A DNA stretch of 47,796 bases, counting the filler, from Jimgerdemannia flammicorona (taxonomy: Eukaryota), in the NCBI GenBank assembly GCA_003990765.1. It is 2 parts of 2 records of this genome, joined end to end, with 100 filler letters (N's around TTAATTAATTAA, not from the genome) between each part and the next. Parts side by side here need not be neighbours in the genome. Positions count along the whole stretch, not along the records: positions 23,953 to 47,796 come from RBNJ01001053.1; 1 more part is not named here. The stretch is one strand, 5' to 3'. This document shows positions 23,953 through 35,749 of this stretch, piece by piece; position 1 is the stretch's first letter; every line of letters begins with the position of its first letter. The notes under the pieces are model-generated. The model was not told the DNA's origin. It worked only from the letters and a program-made list of their open reading frames with translations, and searched no databases. Made by a program: the position numbers and the translations under genes.

Positions 23953-24168
23953 CCAGTCCTCCTTGAGTGCCCTCACCACCGTTCGACCCTCCAAAGGCCC
24001 CCATCCCCAGGCCATAACCCCTCCCCACTTGCTGCCAGCCGAAAGCCCCAGCTCCCCCCGACCCAGTATGCCCGTCGGAACTCTTGCTTGAAGACATATT
24101 GCTAGTACCTTTACTCCTAGTTGTGTCGAGAACTGTTGCTTGAAGTTTTGTGTAACGTGAATTATACA
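23953..24168. mobile_element. End of a CpG-intact insertion (probably an LTR) abutting element B gag
   Basis: Retains CpG, ends ...AATTATACA, then switches abruptly into mid-gag, CpG-poor sequence. Confidence 0.45.
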
Positions 24169-25020
24169 GGAGAAAGGTGGAAATTGCAGTCTTGAGGAAT
24201 CTCTCAGATGAAAGAAAAATCACTATCTATAAGGCTCAGCTCAGAGAACCAGCCAGAGGAATTTTCCATCAAACAGTAAACAACCCAGATTTAGAACTGG
24301 CGAGACAGATACAAGCAGTAATGTCCTATAAGCTAGAATATCAGGCCATGGTCCACTGGCTCATTGAAAAGTATGCAGGAAACGAAACCTGCCACAAGGC
24401 TCAGGAATCCATCATGGGGATGAAGATGAATCTTAGAGAATCACCCAGAGCCTTCTTTATAAGAATCCAGAAGAGAATGCATACTGCCAGGTTCAATGCC
24501 ACCAACTAGGACATCATAGGTCCAATGACCTTCATGAATGGAATTCCCTCAAAAATTGCTCAGCATGTCTGCACCCTAGGTATTAGAAGGTCTGAAGAGC
24601 AAGTAGATGCAGCCCAAGAATTCTTTGATGTCAGACAAGGAACTACTTGGAGTAATTATGACAAGAAAGAAGATAAAGAAGACATCCTGGTTAAAGCCCT
24701 ACAAGGACTCCTTCAAGGATAAGAAAGAACTGAAGAAAGAAGGCTAGCCAAGAAAGGAAAGAAGGACAGAAGTGAAATCCAAGACCTTAGCTCCAAGTTG
24801 GATCAATTGGTTGGACAGATTGAAAAACTCACTAAATGTGAAAATTGGAGCTACCAAGACAATAGAGGATACCCACCACAGAGGAGCCAAGGTTATCCAC
24901 TCAGAGATAACAGAAGTTATTAATAAGAAGAGAGAAGATACTCTGTCCAAGATAGAGCCCAAGTCCAATGCTTCCACTGTAGACAATTCAGACACTATGC
25001 CACTGAATGTGATAACAAAA
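24169..25020 (+). pseudogene. gag: Element B gag with CCHC knuckle
   Basis: KAQLREPARGIF, ESPRAFFIRI, TFMNGIP; knuckle CFHCRQFRHYATEC at 24969-25010. Confidence 0.85.
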
Positions 25021-25619
25021 GAAGTAACCGAAGGGATTCAGAATCATTAAACCAAAAGAATGAAACTTGGTACAAAAAGACTGAAGCTCATCCTGTTGAA
25101 GATTTCAAGGAAGCAAGCAATAGTGAAGACTACAGTGACCTAGACTTGTACCCCACCAAGGTTACTACCCAAAAAACAGTATACCCAGCAGAGAAGAGGA
25201 AGAGACCTATAGGAAGGCCATCCAGGAACATCAGCAGAAGAATTATCCAAGAATAAGATGAAGAACATGAGGAAGAACAGGTAGAAATACCTCCCCTCAC
25301 CCCCTCACCTTTTGTTCCTGAGACAAATAAGTTGTCACCAGAAGATGAAGAAATGGAACAAGAAGAACAGGAACCTGCTGCTCCAAAGCCCAAGAAGAAG
25401 TACACCCCAAAGATCATACCTAGAGATATCTACAATGAAGCCTGGCAGAAGATCCAAGAGACCAAGATAGAAGTTCTCCTCCTGCAGTTCCTGTAACTAT
25501 CACCAGCTGGAGTCCAAAACAAATTACTAAGAACCACCAGATCTAGCACTGGCTGAGTCCCAATCCCACAGCAAGAACCAGTTCCCATCCCTGTTCAGAC
25601 AGCTGAAAGACATATCAGC

Positions 25620-25980
25620 ACCTACTTATATGGAGATATTGGAGAACAAAAGGCAAAGATCCTCATAGATATAGGAGTAGCTATCTGTATCATTACCAAA
25701 TGGTTCCTAGATACCCTTCAATGGCCCATTGATAGACCATCTAACCTCAGCATCATAGTAGCAGATGGAGCCCAAACTCAACCCCTTAGAGAAGTATGAA
25801 ATATCACTATATTCTTTGGACACATCCAGTTCTCTATCCCTAAAGCTGTTATCACCGAAGCTATCACCTATGATATGATTCTTGGTACCAACTGGATGAA
25901 GGAAATGAATGCAGTTATTGACATTGGCCAATAAGTACTCAAGTTCAATTACTGAGGTAAGAAATATAGATTTAAGATAA
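25620..25980 (+). pseudogene. Element B aspartic protease
   Basis: ILIDIGVAICII (mutated DTG), IIVADG, YDMILGTNWM. Confidence 0.82.
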
Positions 25981-27272
25981 CTAGCTATGAGCAATTAAAG
26001 AAGAAGAAGAAGGTCACTATTTAGGAAGAATATACTAGTAGTGAAGAATCTACCACAGAAGAAGAGGAAGAATCTGAAGATAGAAATGATCTCAGACTCA
26101 ATCCCCAAATTAACCTGATGGATGACAGATCAGAAGATAATGTGTGGGTTAAGAACACCATCCCCATCACCATTGGAGCTATTGCAGGAGAAGCCAAAGG
26201 ATGTCCTATCTGCTTCAAGAGACACAAGTGTCCTGAGCACTCCTCCAAGATCATGGAAACAAGGAAATCACCTGGCACAGCCTGCCCAGAGTGCAGAAGG
26301 AAGAAGAAGAAATACAGACATGTTCCAGAAATACCTGCAGCCGAAGCTGCAGAAGTACAAGCAATTTGGAGTCAAGAATCATCTGAGGAAGAAGAAACTC
26401 CTAATCAAGAAGTCCCTGAACAAGAAGCACCTGAAGAAGAAGAAGTCCCTGAACTCATTCTCTGGGATAATTCTCATTGGACACCACCCAAGGACAATGA
26501 CCCTTGGAACATGGAAGAAGAACCCAGTACAATCACCATTATCCCAAAGAAAGAAACTCACCAAGAGAAGGCTTTTCGGCTTGGAAGGTGTCCACACCAA
26601 ATGGTCTTCCACTCTCTCCGAGACTACTGCTATCAGTATCATCTATTGGATCAATAAGAAAGATAGAGACCCCAGAGATCAGAACTCCCAACTACACTTG
26701 CACAGTCAACTACCTTTCAAGAAGTTACCACAAGGTTACAAAGTCAATTTAGAGGACAAAGCTTCTTCACCCAGAGAGAAATATATCCCTTGTCTACTCT
26801 TCTACCCACTTATGACCAAGATGGATATCTATTCCCAAGGCAACAAGAGATTAACAGCCAGAAACACTATTTTTGAGCAATGGGATATTACAACCATAGG
26901 AGATACCCTGACTGCCAAGACTACAGACATCAGAAGATTCACCTCAGTCATGATGTTGCAGTCCATACTTTAAAGAGAGGAGATAATAGAGGCCAGAACT
27001 GAAAAAGCTAAACCAAGAAGCCAGGAAGAAGAATCCTCAAGATCTATGATTTGGGAGAAGACATCCTAGCTCTCATCAGACATGCAATCTGCCAAGGATG
27101 GGCAGAAGATGCCACCAACTTTATGGAAGCTCTAGACCCTAAAGGAAGAAGGGGAATCAACTATCTTCGAGACCCCTCTACTGGAGCCAGATGGCCACAC
27201 CTCAACCTCAGAGCCTAGAGGCTCTCTACTAGTGGAGCCTCAGCTTTAGGATAGCCTGAACTCAGCAAGGAC

Positions 27273-27680
27273 ATTGCCCAGTATGCCCTGCTACATCCCA
27301 AGGCCAAACCCCCAACCAAAGCCCACCCAGAGGATGTAGGATATGATCTTCACAGCCTGGAGGATGAATCTATCAAACCTGGAAAAACCTTCATGATCAG
27401 AACTGGATTAGCCATGCAGCCACCCCAAGGAGCTTACATCCAGCTGACCTCAAGGTCCAGACTTGCCAGACAAAGAATAACTATGGAAGGAGGAACCATT
27501 GACCTGGGATATATAGATGAAATCAAGGTCATCCTATACAACAGCAGTGCAGAAGGGTACCAAATCATTAGAGGACAGAAGATTGCCCAAGCAGTCTTTA
27601 TGAAAGTCAAGACCCCACAGTTACAAGAAGTCTCTGAACTAACTGAAGGAACAAGACAAGCCAAGGGATTTGGAAGTTCA
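27273..27680 (+). pseudogene. dut: Element B dUTPase domain (between PR and RT)
   Basis: PTKAHPEDVGYDL, RSRLA, GGTIDLGYIDEIKV, GQKIAQ, RQAKGFGSS; the frame is open across the domain. Confidence 0.93.
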
Positions 27681-28229
27681 GATAGGAAGGAAGTATACCT
27701 CCTTCAAGTCAACTATCTTAAGAGAAATGTTCCTCAGCAAGTATACCAGCAACCAGTCAGACTGTACAAGAATCTTATCCTGGAGCCCAGAGAACAAACA
27801 ACCTTCGAAATCTTTGCACCACCCAACCTCAGAAACCTTTTCTTTGAACCCAAGGAAGATATTCCCCATCTGGACATAGAGGGACACACATTCTCTAACA
27901 AGATGAACCCAGTACACTCCCAAGCAACCAACCAAAGTTAAGAGACCATCATCTTACTGAAAGGAACTATCATAGGACATCTGGTGCCTTTACTCAACCG
28001 AACTCATAGGGAAGTTTATGAACTAAATCTATCGGGAAATAGCAAAAGGTCCCAGAAAAAAGGAAAGGCCCCTCTGTGACCCAAGAGACAGTGAAGCCTT
28101 CCATCAACATTGGAGAAGAATTGACACCTCAACAACAACAATAACTAGTAGAACTTCTCAACAAATATCAAGATATCTTCACTACTGATTATGGCAATCT
28201 GCCATACAATCCATCATATCATTACAGCA

Positions 28230-29490
28230 TAAATACAGGAAATATAACACCCATCTGGCAGAAACCCTATAGAATACCCTATCACTTGAAAACATTCAAA
28301 AAGGAGTACATTCAAGAACTCTTAGACAATGGGGTCATCTGACCCTCTTCCAGTCTCTGGGCTAGCCCTATATTCATTGTATCAAAGAAAGGAGGATAGA
28401 GACTTTGTGTGGATTACAGGAAACTCAATTCAGTCACTAAGAAGGATGCTTATCCTTTGCCCAGAATCGATGACCTTTTGGACCAGTTACAAGATACCAG
28501 ATACTTCAGCAGTATGGACCTCTTCACAGGATTCCATGAGATCTCCATGGACCCCAAGGACACTCCAAAGACAGCCTTTCTTGTTCTAGAAAAACTGTTT
28601 GAATACCTCCGAATGCCCTTTAGACTCTGCAATACACTCCCCACCTTTCAGAGGATGATGAATTCAGTCTATGCCCCCTTGATCCACCACTGCCTGATTG
28701 TATATATGGATGATTCCAACATTTATTCAGCAAATTTTGAAGAACATCTGCACTATCTAGAGGAATTCTTCAAGCTCACTCACAAAAACCACTTGAGGCT
28801 GAATGCAAAGAAATGTTACTTTGGAAAACAGAAACTTGAATTCCTTAAATTCATAGTTTCAAAAGAAGGAACTCATGCAGACCCAAAGAAAACTGAGAAG
28901 ATCAACAATTGGCCAGTACCCAAAACTCTGAAAGAGACACTATCATTCCTGATGCTAGTATCCTACTACAGAAGGTTTATCAAAGACTTTGCCCAAATTG
29001 CTACTCCAATCTGAATCCTTCTCAAGAAAGAAGTACCATTCAAATGGACAGAAATGCAGGAAAAAGCCTTCAGAGAGCTTAAGAACCACATGACTATGGC
29101 ACCAATCCTTATGCACCCCAATCTACAGAAGACATTTATACAGATGCTTCTAAAGATGGCCTTGGGGCAGTTCTGGCCCAAGAAGGACTTGACCAACAGC
29201 ACCATGTGATAGCTTATGCAAGCAGAGCTATCAATCAGCAGCAGATGAACTATGGTAGCACTAAACTGGAATACCTTGCAGTCATATGGGCAGTCACTCT
29301 GTTCAAACATTACCTCATTGGAAAAAGATTCACCCTGATCACAGACTATATAGCTCTCAAATAACTATTCAACTACAAGGAACTCACCAGAATCCTAGCC
29401 CACTGGATCCTTATCCTTCAGGATTACAAAATCACCATCATTCACAAAGCAGGAAAAGCCCACAACAATGTTGATATACTTTTCTGCCAG
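28230..29490 (+). pseudogene. pol: Element B reverse transcriptase and RNase H
   Basis: WASPIFIV, LCVDYRKLN, YPLPRIDDLL, VYMDD, LVSYYRRFI, YTDASKDGLGAVL, LITDY. Confidence 0.95.
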
Positions 29491-29559
29491 CCTCAATGAA
29501 CCAGAAGAAGGGTGTTCTAAGGAACTATACCTTAAAGGAAGCTCCTCAGACTATCAAGG

Positions 29560-30560
29560 AATAAGAAGATCTCATCCAACAAGAACATCAGAAAGCCCAC
29601 CAAGGACAGACAAGCACAGAAGACAAGATTCGAAAACAATATCAACATTGGCCCCACCTCAGAACCCAAGTCCGAGACATCATCCAGAAATGTGACACCT
29701 GCCAGAAGTACCAAGGAAAGAAGAACTATCAAGCCCCTCTGCAACCAATTCCCCCACCCACTCACATCTTTTAAAAATAGGGAGTAGATGTAATTAGACC
29801 TCTACCAGTTACACTAAGAAGGAACAAATACATCCTTATATTTGTGGAATATCTGACCAAATGGCCTGAGGCTTTTCCAATGGAAATCACAGATGCCTTA
29901 ACCATTGTAGGCCTCCTCCATGGACTCGCACTCAGATATGGACCCCCAGAAGAACTTATCTCTGACCGAGGCACAAAATTCATCAATAACATAATCACAA
30001 GTAATACTCAAATTCACAAGATCCATCTCAAATGAACTACATCATACTACCTCCAGACCAATGGCATGACAGAAAGAATGAACCAGACCATTAAGAAAAG
30101 ACTTGCCTAAGTCAATTCTACCAATTGAGACCTCTGCTTACCTGAGATCTTATGGGAAATTCAGAATACTCCTGCTGCCTCTACTAAACAAAAGCTATTC
30201 AAAATGATGTTTGCCAAGAAAACCAGAACTGCTGACTATGAGAACCTCAGAAAGCTTCTTGAAAAAGGAGATCAGCTGTGAAATGAAGCTTGAATTCAAA
30301 TTATCAAGGCTCAGGAAAGACAAAAGAAGTATTATGATCAGAAACAAAAGGATCAGAAGATTAAGATTGGTAATCAAGTCCTAGTTTAGAGAAGTATGAT
30401 AGAAACAAACTTTGCTGCTAAACTGGAACTGAAATGAGAAGGACTATATCTTGTACACAACATCAGAGAAACCAGCATCTATATAAGAAGTATGGATGGA
30501 CATATCTTGAGAACTCCAGTCCACATCAATTGCCTCAAGATATACCTGTACAAACCATAA
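29560..30560 (+). pseudogene. Element B integrase
   Basis: CDTCQ, GVDVIRPLP, EYLTKWPEAFP, LISDRGTKF, PQTNGMTERMNQT, KLELK*EGLY. Confidence 0.9.
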
Positions 30561-30576
30561 CTCAGAGGATAGATCA

Positions 30577-31062
30577 ATGCCTCCAGACTCTTATCCTCAG
30601 CTCTTTCCAAGCTCTGCTAATTCCCCTGCCCCAGTTTACCAACTTGAAGAAACCCCCATACAATTTATCCAGAAGCATCAAGAGAACCTTGCTATTGCCC
30701 AGAGGTTACTTCAGATCCACCATCTACAAGTCTTCTATAACATTGGACAGCTATTGACAGAACAACCCTATATAAGGAGCCTGGCCAGAATCACTCTCAG
30801 AGAAGCAAGAACTGTTGAATGAATCTATACCCTGTATAATCGAAATGTTGGAGCCCTGGTGCAGACTCATTTCTATCTCAATGATATCTATCAGATGAAT
30901 GAGACCACCTTTTAGAGTATTCTTCAACAAGTAGACATCCTATTCCCTGAAGAACAAGAAGAGGATCTAGAGCCAGAATAAAGTGACCCTGATACAGACA
31001 ATGAAGATGATGGAACAGGTATAGATGCAGAAGCAGCTTATGCTTATTGGGATGATGACTGA
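30577..31062 (+). pseudogene. Element B extra 3' ORF (~160 aa with read-through of stops), remote relative of the A/C accessory ORF
   Basis: LQVFYNIGQLL...EARTVE*IYTLY...FYLNDIYQMN followed by an acidic tail, located between IN and PPT. Confidence 0.6.
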
Positions 31063-31101
31063 AGAACAGTCTGAGACAGACTATCCTTCAGTAGGGGCTG
31101 A

Positions 31102-31953
31102 TGTAACAAACTACAAAATATAGCAATCTCGAAACCCAACCAGGTGATATAAATATTAGCATAGCATAGTAACCAGCAATCATTGCTATGGAAAATGTAT
31201 AAATAACTCAGATAGCTAAAGAAAGGAAACACCCTGACAGTGGCTGTCACCCTGATAGTAGCTGTTACCCTAACAGTGGCTGTCACCCCAACAGTGGATG
31301 TCACCCCATAAATAGCATCCTATAGTTAGCCAGATAGCAACTAGATAGCAACCACAATATATAAATTATCCCAGAGATAAGAGTGAATAAACCTCAGTCT
31401 GAAATTGAAGCAAAAGACAAGTCTGTCTACCATACTTCGAGAGGAACTCTACAGCTACTGCTAGGAGATTGTGAGCTTATTTCCCCACTCTAGTCCACTT
31501 TCCAATACAAAGCTTGAAGATTTTGCTGCCAAGTTCGAGTGAAGAACTTTGTCACTTTTGGAATTATTATTATTGGTTCGCTTGCCAGATAAGCCTGAAG
31601 TTTGCTGCCTAAGTTCAAGAAAGAACTTTACCACTGTTTCCTAGTTAAAGCTGCCAATTCAGGAAGAATCTGTGCCATCCAAGTTATTTCCCAGAAGCCT
31701 GCCAATTCCAGAGAATCTGCATCATCTGCCATTTTCAAGTTATCCATATTTCCAGAAGAGCCTGACTCAGAAGAACCTATGCCATCTGAGTATTATTCCA
31801 GAGAGACTGAGTCATCTGCAATATCTAAGTTATTCATTATTTCCAGTGAGCCCAAGAAGAACCCACTGCTAGTATAATTCCCATTAAGAAGAACCCATGC
31901 AGTCCTCTATTCCCAGCAAGCCAAATTGAGTTATCTGCCAAATTATCAGAATG
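31102..31953 (+). repeat. Element B 3' LTR, left part
   Basis: Starts TGTAACA after the PPT; TATAAAT at 31360 and AATAAA at 31386-31391; resumes after 41126. Confidence 0.8.
31229..31308. repeat. Four 18-bp tandem units with an internal dyad (CCCTGACAGTGGCTGTCA)
   Basis: ccctgacagtggctgtca ccctgatagtagctgtta ccctaacagtggctgtca ccccaacagtggatgtca. Confidence 0.85.
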
Positions 31954-32779
31954 TGTAATAACTCTCACTTCTACTCCTCTCTTATCCTTTGGATAATTAG
32001 AGAAGTGGACTATTACTTAGCAACTTAGTACACAATGTGTATCAAGAAGCCTTCAGTTTGAGGAAGTGCTCACTTAAAGTAGTTGTAATGGCAGTGCCTT
32101 ATCTTTCAAAGGTCTTTCTCTAGTTTGCCTTCTGTTTCAAAGGTCTTTCTCTTGTGCCCTATTTTGAGGGTCTTGTTCTTTGCTGTACACAGACTGAATT
32201 TGCCTTGGAATTCAGGTTCAATGAGTTTACTTAAGTCTTTGGAGATTTATATACCAGCCTCAGTTCTGGCAGAAGTTAGCTAGGCTTCTGGAGTTTAGTT
32301 AGAAATACTAGAGTCACTTAGGTATCATTACTAAGACTCAGGGAAATGTGTGTGTGTGGGGGGGAATTTGATTCTTATATCAAGGACTGAACTAAAACTG
32401 CTTTATTTTAAATAGAAACTGGGGGGTATTTATACAAGTTGGTCTACGATTTCTGACTAAGTATGAGTGACTAATTTGGTAACTATAATGAGGTTTGTGA
32501 TCGCAATCTTTGTCAGATAATTTTTGATAAAAAATATCTTTGTGATCAGGACCTCAATTACTAGGCAATGATCAGCAGCTATGGCAACTGTTGCTGCGGC
32601 ACCGGTTGTTAGGGATAAGCTAAATATCATTTTCCATGTCATTCGTTTGCATCGTTTGTTCATTCATCACTTATTATTCATATGATATGCTCAATCATAC
32701 GATGACATCATTGTCGGGTCATGTGATCGTTCATGATTGCTTATTGCATCCTATCTGTTCACTCATTCATTCTATTACA
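31954..32779 (-). repeat. Element C 3' LTR (826 bp)
   Basis: Matches 40297-41121; minus-strand TATAAATA at 32434-32427 and AATAAA at 32407-32402. Confidence 0.95.
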
Positions 32780-32792
32780 TTCTTCTCCCCTT
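32780..32792 (-). promoter_or_regulatory. Polypurine tract of element C
   Basis: Minus strand AAGGGGAGAAGAA directly before the LTR; overlaps the stop codon of the accessory ORF. Confidence 0.85.
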
Positions 32793-33618
32793 AGAAATCA
32801 ACATCCTCATTGATTGAGAAATTGAGAACCAGGGGAGAGAAAGGTGGGGAATCCTCCTCAGGGTTGTTACCATCTTCTTCAGGGACAGGGGGGGTGGTTA
32901 CTGGTGGCTCGCTATCCAGGGTGGAGAAGTCAATGAGGTCTGCAAATGGTTCTTGTATTGGGATAGGTGCTGGTGTAGGAGTTCTCCATCTGATGCAGTT
33001 GGGGCCATCCAAGTAGAGTTCTTGGTCTCTGTGCCTGGGAATATCCATTCAGATAGGTGGTCCTTCAAAGAGATCAGAGAGGCCTTGGAGCCATTGGTCA
33101 GGGTTGTCATTTAAGAGGGGACTCCAGTGGGGCTCAATGTCAGTAGACTTGAGGGCAATCCAGGAGTTGGCTTCTTGGGCAACCTTGACTTCTAGGGCAT
33201 CGACCTTAGGGAAAGAGAGGTTCTGGAAGTCCTTCAGTTGTATGTAGTTGAGGTTGGGGATCATGAAGAGTACATGGCACATGATTTGATGGACCTTCTT
33301 GGCAAGTCTTTGCTCATACCTGTCTAGGTGAGTCCAGTTAGAGACCTGGTCTGTGGATAAGCCATTTGTATGTTGGAGAAGCTGGTGACCGATTTCGTAT
33401 TTGTGCCAGATTTCTAGGTGGCTGGTAGCAAGATAGGCCCTTTCAATAAGTTCATAGCAGTCAAGGACATACTGTCCTAGGTCTGGGCTGGAGAGGTTAA
33501 GGGCCTCTGAGTGGTGGTTCCTTCCTTGGATAGCAACCTGAATGTGTCCAAAGAGGCAGTCAACCTGGCTTGGGAGGGACTGGCTATGGTGGGCAGGTTG
33601 GTGGCAGGTGGTAGGCAT
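32791..33618 (-). pseudogene. Element C accessory ORF (~275 aa, unknown function)
   Basis: Track ORFs 33049-33699 and 32791-33048 are one frame split by a single TGA; likely start MPTT at 33618, about 65 nt after TATAAATA (33690-33683); homologous to 8845-9702. Confidence 0.85.
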
Positions 33619-34309
33619 TCTTATCTTGTCTTTTCTTTGTGAGGAGAGGGAGATGAGAGTTGCAGGGTATTCTTGCCTTGGGTATTTATACTTATTCACC
33701 CATCTGATGTAACCTTCCTTTGATCACACTTTCTGGCAAAATGCATAACCTGTTGCTGTAAGTGGGGCATATGCTGGTCACATGAGAAAATCCTGATTTC
33801 AAAGATATCGTCACTTATAATTGTGGCTACACAGGGTTAACAGGTCTTGGTCCACTTTTTTTTTTGTCTGGTTGGTGAATTTGTAAGGACTAGTCATTCT
33901 TGTCTAGGGCGAGGGCTCCCATTGTTGCAGCTAGGGGTTCAAACCTCTTGGAAATAGACTTTCTTGTAATCTGAGACAATTCCTAGTAACAATATCTGTC
34001 ATGTGGATGGACTTAGACTGGTTTCGACATTGTCGGCTTTCCTAAGTTTCACATGAAGCATCTGTTATCATCCAGCAGAGATGACACAGATGGTATAAAA
34101 TGGAGTTGTTCAAATGTGTTTTACTGTACTATATGAGATTATTCTTTTACTCAGGTATCTTCTTGTTGGTTATCCATAGTGTTCCTTTTTCTCACAGTGT
34201 TTGGTATTATATGTTTCCAGATAAAATTATGTGGTATCTTTTGGCTTGCTGTGTGCTCCTATATCTAGAGCTGTAGTTCTTTCCTTTGCTGGGGGGTGAG
34301 TGTTTCCAT

Positions 34310-34471
34310 GTAGTCCTAGAGGGCTTCGTGTGCATTCTTCAGGGCTTCTTCTTTTTCCCAGATGGTATCATGGGTGGGGTAACCCTTCCACTTGATCAGG
34401 AAAAAGTGCTTGACTGTTTTGGGATATTTGTGGACCTTGTGGTCAAGTACTTCCTCAATTTCGAATTCCTC
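34310..34471 (-). pseudogene. Chromodomain at the end of element C integrase
   Basis: EEFEIEEVLDHKVHK...FFLIKWKGYPTHDTIWEKEEALKNA. Confidence 0.9.
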
Positions 34472-34559
34472 ATAATCATTAATCCTAATTGGGGGTGGTG
34501 GTGGAATACTGGGTGTACTCAGATATTGTGGGGAAGTTGCAACTTATAGTTGACTTCAC

Positions 34560-35560
34560 TGATTTTTTCCACGATCTTATATGGTCCAATTCTTCTAGCA
34601 CAGATTTTCTTAGCTGGTTGTTGTGCCAGGGTGTCTGGGTGGAGGTGGTCTGTTCTAAGCATGACTATGTCACCAATATTGTAGGAGGCTTCTCTTCACT
34701 TCAAGTTTACATACTTGGTCTGGTAGTCTTGTGCTTCTATGAGAGCATCTCTTGTCATTTGCGTAAGGTCAGAAATGATCTCGGCCAGATCTTGGGCTGC
34801 TGGGACTGCTGATTTCGCAGTAGTACTTGGGGTCCTTGAGTGTTGACCATGGTTCAGGAAAAATGGAGTCTTCTTTGTAGAGGTTTACTGACTGTTATTG
34901 TAGGCAAACTCAGCATGGGCTAAGTACTTGTCTCAATCATTTTGCTTGTAACAGCAGAAGATGCTAAGCATCTGTTTGAGAGTCCTGTTGGTTTGCTCAG
35001 TTTGACCATCAGTCTGATGGTGGTAGGCAGTAGAGAACTTCAGCTTAGTTCCATGGAGGGAGAAAAATGCCTTCCAGAAATTGCTTGTGAACTTGGCATC
35101 TCGGTCAGATACAATGGTGCTAGGCATGCCATGTAGCCTGAATACTTGGTTGAGAAAAATCTTGGCAATCTCTGGTACTGTAGCAGTGGTCTTGGTGGAT
35201 GCAAAATAGGCTTGTTTACTTAGGCAGTCCATGAATACCATGATAGCATCCCATCCTGCCTTGGTCTTGGAGAGTTGGACAATAAAGTCCATTGTAATCT
35301 GGTCCCAATTGTGACTTGGGATAGGCAAGGGTTGCAGGAGTCCTGCTGGTAGCTTGTTACCACTTTTGAACCTTTGGCACATCTCGCATGAGGCCACAAA
35401 GTCTTTGATATCCTTGGTCATCTTTGGCCAGTAGAACTCTCTTGAGAGAAGGTTGTAGGTCTTTTCGAAACCAAAGTGTCCTGCTGCAGGAGTTTCATGG
35501 AGTTCCTGCATGATCTTGAGTTGCAGAGTATCATTGTTGGGTACAACCACTCTGTCATGG
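34560..35560 (-). pseudogene. Element C integrase
   Basis: HETPAAGHFG, CEMCQ, ITMDFIVQL, IVSDRDAKFTS, YHHQTDGQTE. Confidence 0.95.
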
Positions 35561-35749
35561 TCCCTGTAGATAAGTCCATCACAGTAGGTGAATCTCTTGA
35601 CCATTTGCCTCATGGGTTCTGGAACCTCAGCCTCTGGGTCTTGGCAGAATTGAAGGAAATTCATCAGGGGGCTATCTTGTTGGTAGTCATCCTTGATCAT
35701 TTGGGTAAGGTCTCCAATTACTTTAACCATGAAGACAAGTTCATCTTCC

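Noticed and set aside
31229..31308. CRISPR-like array of palindromic repeats
   Set aside because: Units are contiguous with no unique spacers, no cas genes are present, and the context is a eukaryotic LTR.
32457..32663. ORF in C's LTR, repeated at 40800-40994
   Set aside because: Short, non-ATG start, and its recurrence is explained by LTR identity.
32791..33618. Accessory ORF as a retroviral env gene
   Set aside because: It is in the env position but has no evident signal peptide, transmembrane segment or cleavage motif, and is short with an acidic tail.
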